Source: Welwitschia mirabilis
Lineage: Eukaryota
DNA: 26,943 nt
Assembly (NCBI GenBank): GCA_051453625.1
Contig: JBOZIK010000001.1
Span: 47,640,508 to 47,667,450 of the forward strand
Direction of reading: 5' to 3'
A program made the position numbers and the translations under genes. Positions 10,101-19,300 of this stretch are shown here, in pieces. The notes under the pieces were generated by a model. It made no database searches. It was not told where the DNA came from and saw only the letters and a program-made list of their open reading frames with translations. The first letter of the stretch is position 1; each line of letters opens with the position of its first letter.

Positions 10101-13100
10101 AAGTCTTGTAACAACAGCTTTTTATAAGAAAGACTAGAGGTCCTTTCCTTCACTAATAAATCAGAATCAGCAGTGGACAGTTGCAACTGCTTTTGGATAT
10201 CAGAAAGACCCTGTTTAGCACAGTGGAGATGCTGCCTTAGGCTCCTAGTGGCGGGTCCAAATCTATCTTTGAGCCCTTGTTTAGTATGCTTAATTTTCTT
10301 TAGGATGTCGGCCAAGGACCTACTGATGGGTGTGGAGACCACATTGTTTGAATGACATCAAAGAAGTCATCTTCCTCACACCAAAAATTGCAGAACCGAA
10401 AAGGATGATTTACCTGATGCTTTCATTACAATTTAGGATAATCGGGGAGTGATCAGACAGACCTAGAGCAAGAAAATCAGCAAATGAATGAGGAAAGGAT
10501 TTGATCCAATTGTTGTTGATTAGTGCTCTATCCAGTTTGCAATATATTCTACGATCTCCTTGATGCTTGTCAGACCATGTGAATAGGCATCCTACACTTT
10601 TTATAGATGTGAGATGAGTGCTGAGAAAAAGGTTTTGGAGCTCCTCGATGTCTTTGGTGCCCACTGGGGAACCGTCGATTTTCTCTCCAGGTTCAGCAAT
10701 ATAGTTAAAGTCCCCTAAGATGACCCAGGGTTGATGAGCTGCTTGGCTGATTCTGGCTATGTCAGTCCACAGAGGTTACTTTTCTTTGGAGTTGTTAAAG
10801 CCGTATACAAAGGATGTCCAGAAGACTGTGCCCTTATAGATTGCTTCACAGTGGATAAGCTGAAAAGAACAAAACCTCACTGCAAAATTGACAAAATTTG
10901 GGTTCCACAAAATTAAAATCCTGCCATTAGAAGGAGAAGAGAAATTGTGCGTATACCTCCAAGAGGGGTTTGGCATACAATTTCTAACAATCATCTCTAC
11001 TTTACTGATCTGAACTTTTGTCTCTAAAACTGCAAAAATGCTTATTCTTTGCTGGAAGATAAGAAGTCTAATCTCTTGTTGTTTATCAGGGCTATTTAGG
11101 CCCCTTATATTCGAGGTAGCAATCTTCATAATTTCCTACCTCTTCTTGACTTTCTCTGATTTGAGAGAGTTATCTTGGTTTTCTATTCAGTTGATTTCTG
11201 AATATCAGTAGACGCCTGGGGCATTGTCAATGCTAAGGACACCAAGGAGATTGTTATCTTCATTTGGGCCTTGATGACACTGACCTGCATTCTCATTCTG
11301 TACCTTGAGGCCCCTACGAACTCCGCTTGCACCCTCATCCTTGTACGAATCGAAGTTCAGATTCACAGCAAAAGGAACTGAAGGGGTAGGGGTTGGGTTT
11401 ATACCTGCTGATTGACTAGCACCTCCACCACTACTTACAATTTTCTGCTTTGGAAGAAATTCTGCTCAGTTGTTTCCTAAGGATAAAACATTTGAGGCAT
11501 TTCCAGAGGAAGGGCACCAGAGGAGTTGCTTACCGTGATATGGACCTATTGTTGGTTGCCTCTTGCCACCTCCTGAACCTGTTGAAATGAGACTTTTTGT
11601 GCATTTTGTGCTGCGATTTCCATTTTCTCCCTAAAGCAATCCCCGTGTGAGAGTGAGCCTGCGATTAGAGAAGTCAATGCATCATCTGAAGCTGAATGGG
11701 CCTCATCTCCTAACGAAATGCTTTCTTGTTCAGCATTTATAGCTAATCTGTGTTTGACCTGATTCTCGACTAGTTTGTTGGTGTTAGGAGGGATTGATTT
11801 CCAGACTGCGTTGTCTTTTTCTTACACTGCATTGTTCTGTGTCCAAAGCAGACGCAATGGGCGCATTTAGATGCCGTCCACTCTTACTCTATTTTCTGCT
11901 CTAGAACTACTACGTTCAGGCCCTTCAGAGTGATGGTCGATGGAAGCTCATGATCAAGGGAGATCTCGACACATAGTCTGGCATAGCTTAATCGCCCTTG
12001 GTTAGCAGTGATGCCATCAATGCATATCGGTCTTTCAATGACGCTGGCGATTTTGGACAGGACCCTCGCCGACTAGAGATGCAGGTTGAGGCAGGGCAGT
12101 TTTACCCAGATCGGGAACTTGGAGATTTTGTCAAATTCCAGAACCAACGAGGGTGTCCAGGGCTTTAAAATCAAGGGTCTGTTGTCGAATGGCCAAGGCC
12201 CTTTCTCCATTACTTTCAGCATTTCTTCATAGGATTTGAATTTGAAGATAAAAATCCCTCTTTCAATCTGAGAAACTGAGACCACTGAATCGTTGCCCCA
12301 TTGATGTCTGACATAGTTTTGAACCCTCAGAACGTGTGGTTTCAGTCTGTAGACGAAACCCACTAGCGAGTTTTCCCACCTCGAGACTCCCTGGTTCCAG
12401 TCCTACTCGTCAATACTTACTTCGGTCACGGAAAATTGTTGAGGGAAGATATCGAGTTTGAGGCCGAAGTCTACATTCCTGTTCTTTGCAACAATATCGG
12501 CCCACAAAGTAGTTTGGTTGTCTTCCTTGAGGGGAGGGGCGTCATTCGCAGCTGGATCCATGAGCGGATCCCTGGCTTTGAGAGACCGGAGGGCAGCAAC
12601 GCAGGGTAGCAAGGGAGGCTGGTCATGCGCCGTAAGCCCTAGCCTTCTAGGAGCATTTACTAGCCTAAAAGTGACTTGATATGCACATTTCCTTCATCAT
12701 TGAGTGTGTTGGTTTTCATTGTTTTACTCACAAAAGGCAATGGACAGTCAACCTTACCTTGTGGTACTAGAAGGAAATAGGGGCCAATGAACTATCCTTA
12801 AGCGACAACACTTTAACGGATACTGTTGGCATTATTTAGACGTTGACAATGATGATCAAAATTTCCGATTCATGACCAAATTAGCTCATTTTTCATGATC
12901 TCAGTTCTTAATCAGCCTGGCTTGCTTCTTATTTGTCAATTCCTGTCAATTTCGGGTCAAGCACCCTAGGGTCGATTCACCCTCCAACGTGGGTGACTGC
13001 CTCCGGCTCAGCTCGTGTAAGTGCGACCATCCCTCCAGGTGGGTTACCACCCTATCTCCGATATAATAGGACTTACAGATGGGAGGCTGCCCTTCAAACA

Positions 13101-16100
13101 ATAGAAGACTGCCACGATAATTCAAAATTCATTTCTTGTTCGTTAGGCACCCCTTTTGGAGCTTCTGTGAACCATTTGTTGGCCAATCAATTTTCAGCAG
13201 CCTGGGATCATGCACTGGACCTTCCTTGGTCCATTTTTCTATGACCCACGGTTGGATACTGGCTTCTACAAATTGAGGAATTATGTTTTTCCTTTCTCTC
13301 TTGACATTTCTCAAGCTTACATTGTAATAGCTCTTTGAAAATTTGCCTCTGATGTTAAAACTGTAATCTGCATTCTTTACTTCGAAGGAGAACACTTGTG
13401 TCTAATCTCTGCAACCAGTGTTTCAGACACATTTTCAGCAGAACAGCACTGTATCTTTTTCTTGTATGTTGACTCTCGGCCAGAAAAAGGCTCATTTGTG
13501 GGTTGTAGCTGAACCCTCTGGAACACCAGCTCTTGATGTCCTTTGATTATAGCTAAGGGAACCAGGGAGAAAAGTAATTTGATTTCTCCTGAAGAGCGAA
13601 GCAAGTCTGAATACTATAACTGCTATAAAATGTGGTGTTCTCGTTCCAATTTGTTTTTTGGTCTTCAGAGATTTTATGCTGCTTATTTACCCCTATGTGT
13701 TTACCTTTCAGTCTTTGTTCATTTTAGATCAAAACCCTGCCTACATCCACTACCAAGGATCAGACCCCTTTCTTCAAATAATCTAGCATTAAACATCACA
13801 AAAGTGACAGAAACAACCTTCTTTCCCTCAATACCAAATCCCGTATATTACTGATTTGAATTTTTGAGAACTTCATTCACTCTCTGATGCAATCTTCAAG
13901 AGGTCAAAAATGCTATGTGAAAACTTCTGACAGAAACACATCACACCAAGCAGTGTTCATTCTTCATGTTGACAAACAAACAAGACCAGAACAACAATAA
14001 AGAAAAATATATGTAACATTCTAAGAAGCCTCGTACACAAACACTTCTCAAGAAGGAATAGGCCTTATTCAAGTCAAATCACAGATTCAAAGTTTTAAAG
14101 AACAAACAACACAATTGTGTATCAGACATCATGGATATAAAATCCTCTACATATTAGCCACAATACTAGCATTTGTATACAAGGAAATTAGAGGGGATGT
14201 GTTTTTTCAGAAAGCCTAATCTTTTTACAGAGGCCAGCACTTGAGCACTAAAGGGAAGTGGGAAACACAATTTCAATCCATCATTGATACATCAAGATTT
14301 GGAGGTGTGAAAGAAGCTAATAACCAAGAAATACGTCAAACAAGATAGCCAAGATGGTTCAGAAGCGAAATTCAATCAATCATTCCTGATTAGCATGATG
14401 TTAGTAACAGAAGAATGGGAGAGAACTTGAGGATGAGTCAGCCTTGAGTATCCTATAGAATTAGTGATGAATTCATTAGAAATGTAAGAATCATCTACTG
14501 TAAGAAGCACTAGAATTATATCTTTCATGTAAGAATGAAACACACGTCAATGTTTTACATCAGTATCTAAGATTCTTGTATCGTAACAAGGTCACTGAAC
14601 CTCAATAGGATACCACACAAGACCAAACAGGTGATGAACTCATAAAAGCATTGCTCAAAATAAACTTTGTAAAAATCAAGTACCTTTTCAAAATTGATGC
14701 AATGTTTGAGAGAGATTGTTAGAAATGATAAAACCTTGCACTGATGTTGGAATTAGGCCCATTTATGAATGAAAAAAGTGAGAGCACCGAAAAGTGCAAT
14801 GTTGACTGAGTTATTAGAAATCAAGGTCACCAATTTAGAAATAAAATAAGGAAAAACAAGGGCAACATTTGATAGAGAAAATGATTCTTAAAATAAATAA
14901 TGATGAAAGAATGAATTATATAAAGAATGACCAAAACTTATTTTGATGATTCAATTACATAGAATACGGATTCTTTTATATGACTAGTACAGACGTTTAA
15001 CAAGTCATGACTTCTCATATTAATATAATAACTAATAATAATATGAATACTAGTTATGTTGCAAGATTTAACCAATTTGTTTTCAATGATGCTTGCTCAA
15101 AGTTGTCTGGATAATGTTTGAGATTCAAAGTTTTTGTGAGTAAATTTTAGTTAATTCAAGATGATATTGTGCTTATCTAGTTGGTGAGGCACCCACCCAA
15201 CTTTTTGGGGCGACCCTCCCGATCATGAGACTTTTCAGGCTTGTCTGCCAAAATTTTCACCACTCACCCACCTTCCTTGCAAAATGTACAGGCAATTTAA
15301 AGGCAGGGTATCTACCCTCCCATGTGAGTTGCCTGAGCTCCTTGCAGCTATGAAAATTAGGCACAATTTAAACATTGGAACACCTCAGTTAGGCACTAAT
15401 TATCATCCTCAATCAATTTTCAAGCAATCACTCATCAAGTGCATGATCAAGGTTGCCAAAAATGGAGGATTTGCTTGGAGTCTTGTAGCAAAAACCAAGG
15501 AATCACTTTAGAAGCTTATCTCTAGTTCTTGAACAGCTACATTGTCATCAAGAACTCATAAAAGAAGTCTCCTACTACCGTAAAAGAACTTTTGGCCTGC
15601 ATCTCAATTGAATGAGACTCTTCCACATTCTCCTTCTGCATAACTTGTGGCCTTTCATTCTATGCTTTTGTAACCAAAGGAGGAATTTTTTCTAAGAGAG
15701 AGCATTATCATCCTCATTTTCAAGTACCATTTTCTTTAGCTGGTTGCACCTAACCCTTAAAGATCCATTGGTGTAAAGTTTATTGATCACCATCTGAAAG
15801 GATTGTTGGTTTGTTGTTCTGATGATTTAAAGGAAACTCCAATGGATACAAAGGATCCAACAATTCCTCTAGATAAGAAGTCAACGACTGAAACACATAA
15901 GAAGATGGCAGCATCAATGCAATGAATGCTCTCATATGTATATTATGTCCTGAAGAGTAGAACAGAATACTCAGGTGTACTACTGCCAAAGAAATTTGGG
16001 ATGGACTTGAGGTTCCTCCTGAAGGAACCTCTATGGTCAAGAACACAAAATTACAAATGCTTGTGACCAATTTTGAGGACATAAAGATGGAGGAGCAGAG

Positions 16101-16309
16101 GACAATATTCAAGTATATAACTAAAATCAATGACTTGGCTAACAGTATGTAGGACTTCGGTGAATCCTTCGTTGAGGAAGATCTTTAGAAGTCTTCGTAA
16201 AAGTTTCCAACACATCATTGAAGAGGCAAGAAAGCAAAGGCATTGAAAAAATCAAGCTTGAGGAATTGAAGGAATCCGTAAAGGCAAAGGAAAAGAAAAC
16301 TAAAAAATT

Positions 16310-16371
<62 letters not shown>

Positions 16372-19300
16372 GCCCTCAAGGCTTCACTTGATGATCATGA
16401 GGAAGAAGCAAGATGTGAAGATGAAGAGAAGGATGAAGATTTGGTCCTCTTGACAAGAAATTTTTGAGGAAGAACAAAAATGCCAGGAATACACAGAAGA
16501 GCAAGGAGTCTAAAAGGTTCACTGGTAATAAAAAATCTAGCAGCTCCTCAAGAATACAATGCCCCAAATGGCAAAGCTGGTGATACTGCTCTTAAATGTG
16601 CAAACACCAAAAAAGAAGATAAAGTTAAATCCAAAGGTAAGAAAAGGTAACTAGCAGGTCTAGATGCCTCACAAGGAGAAACTAGCAAACATACATGAAG
16701 AATCATGGTTCTCACAAATGAAGATCAGTTGGAAGATGTGGTATGTGATGAATCCCCTGATCTAGATGATGAAGATATTCATGATGCTTAACAGCTTATA
16801 CCAAGTTACATGAACAAAGTATATAATTAGCCAAGTGAGATGCAAGATACAAATTAGAATGTACAGAGCTTCAACCAAAATTGGAAAGACGCAAAAGAAA
16901 GGAGGGAGCACCTAGAAAAGATTCTTGAAACTGCTCAAAAGATTTTGGAAGATTTCAGTCAAGCCAGAAAGAATATGTTATTGGGAGCAGATAAATCTGT
17001 GCTTGATAAATTGGGTTTTGGTTCTACTAGAAATGGTCTTTTCCATCTTCTAGCAAGAGTAGATTCATTAACATTGGAAGTTTAATGACAGATCCTAGAC
17101 CAGCTGTTAACTTGCAATTATTGTGACAATTTTGGACATCGTAGATATGTCTATCTTTTTGAGAATGCATTTGTGTTGAATTATGTTGGTTAAAAGTTTG
17201 TTCCAAAAGGATCTCCTCAAAGAAAAATAGTTAAAAAGGTGAATCAAAAAGGGAGGATAAAAAAGTTTCTTTGCTCAAGTCACCGTGCAAGCCAGTGAAA
17301 ATGGCACAAATGCCCCCTATATACCCTCCACCAAAAAGGGAGGAATAGAAAATTTCTTTGCTTATGTCACCTTGAAAGCCAGTCAAACTGGCAAAAGCCA
17401 CTCTCCACACCCTCCCTCTAGGGTGTCTATTCAATTTACAGTAAGCGCCAAAAACATTACTAAACCCCAAATTAATTTATTATATTGCAGCTCAATCTTG
17501 AGAATAAGCACCTAGGGGAATGTTGGCTTGTCAAAAAAAAAAAAAACAAAACAAAAGAGAGCTGCTGATTTGGTTCCATATTTCCCATATTATAATAGTT
17601 TTCACTTTGTGGAGTATGCTTTTGACACAGACTTTCCCTGAAGTCTCCAATGTTAATGGATTCAAAGACTCTTCCCTTCTTCGAGTAAGTATATTATTTA
17701 CACTAGCAAGCTAAGGTATCATTAGAAAACTAAAGAATCTTGTTAAGCAACTAGAGATCACCAACAAGTTCCAAAAACTTAATAGGATTAATCTTTAGGT
17801 GTAAAATTCCCAACAAGTTCCCAAAACTTTGGGAGCATGTCTATGTTTTGTGAAAATTAGTAGTGCAACCTTGTTTATGGGAATGAGTTCCCATCGGGTA
17901 ATGGCATTGACAACATATTATCAACATCCATGAGAATAATTATGTAGGGAAAGGAATCACAATGGAAGAGTTTGAACCTCATCATAGACAGATGATGAAA
18001 TAGTGGAGACTCTTAAGATGGAGATACAATGGTTAGGATTTAACATCATCTAGTCAAAATGCCTTGGGAAGACATGGCAACATAGGGAATAGAAGCAGTA
18101 AGGAATAGTATACAACCAAGTTAGTGATGTTTCCTAAGTAGGAGAGGCAAGTCAAGGAAACGAAGGAGTCAAAACAAAAGAGAAATCACAAAGGTCTTGA
18201 TCATCCTTTATTGCCATTTACATGAAGCTAAGAGTCATTGACAATAAAAGCTTGGCCTAACATACATAACAACTAAAATAACAAGTACATCCTCAAATAT
18301 CAATGGTATCCATCTCATGCAGCTTGCAGATTACATATTCCTCGAAGAAACTACCTACATGGGGACTACCAGACTGCTGTACCTTTATGTTCACATGTTT
18401 ATACTCCATGATCTAGTGACAACTCAGAATGAAGAATGTCTATGATCAGTGTTTGGAATCATATCCTTCAGTACTTTAATTTGCAGAGAGGAGTAAATAA
18501 AATTGTTAGACTCTACTGATTCTTGGGACAATTTGTTTGGGTTTGAGCTTACAAGAGAAGTTAATGGAATCTATACATGTAAAATCGTTGATCACTAAAT
18601 GATGTCTCACTATTGCTTCCAAACATGTGTGTTGTGCTTGCATTGGGCGTTACTTTGTATGACAGCCTAACCCCACTCATGTTATGCCAGAAACAACAAA
18701 AACATCCACCTGTGTTTACTCAAGTCTTTAGAAGGAATATGAACCCAATGCATATAAGCAGACAACTCACCCAAATCGGAAAGGTGGGAAGGCACGCAAA
18801 GGAGTTTGCAGGTCCAAGGTAATTGGAGAATCCTTAGTCATCTCTCTTTCTTGTCCAACTTGTTCTTCAGATTCAACTTGCTGCATTGAAACATTGCCAC
18901 TCCAAGAAGGACCTGTACCTCTAAATTTCCTACCCATTTCACTGTGAGGATGCTCGCCGGTTCTTGGTGTCTGATCAGAATGTGTAGGATTGCCATTGCC
19001 AAACCCTTGAATTAGTCCAACAGCCACTGTTAGACCATCTCTTTGGTATTCAACTTCTCCAGTGTCAAGCCTGCCTTCTGATTGTTCATTTGCTAAACTG
19101 CGTTGGCTATTTCTACTTCCAAACCCATAAGGCACACGAGAAAATACAACCCGTGTTGGAGGCCAAGTCACATCTTCAGATGCAATAGATTGTCCTCGTC
19201 CAATACCTGCAAGACCATCACTGGTCCTTACTCGTACTCGTGAAGGAACAGACGAGCTACTTGCCACTGAAGCTTCAGCAGCATACATAGCTCCTATTGA

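Larger units (their letters stand above)
7110..12661 (-). mobile_element. Full-length but inactivated plant L1-clade LINE (copy B 3' end)
   Basis: About 100 nt of 5' UTR, ORF1, ORF2, about 560 nt of 3' UTR and an A11 tail (T 7110-7120). The tail joins directly to Copia protease codons. Confidence 0.95.
15660..17439 (+). mobile_element. Decayed Sirevirus-like Copia gag (UBN2-type, two zinc knuckles) ending in an LTR-terminus-like motif
   Basis: AMNALICILCPEE*NRILRCTTAKEIWDGLEV..EGTSMVKNTKLQMLVTNFEDIKMEE; IALK at ~16370; knuckles at ~16555 and ~17110 (TCNYCDNFGH); CACCCTCCCTCTAGG..TTTACA at ~17408-17439. The region ~14740-15650 may be its 5' LTR/UTR, but I could not delimit it. Confidence 0.8.

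Noticed and set aside
15660-17439. Plus-strand gag as the missing 5' half of the Copia pol at 4702-7109
   Set aside because: It is in the opposite orientation, lies outside the TSD and appears more decayed; no inversion breakpoints were seen.
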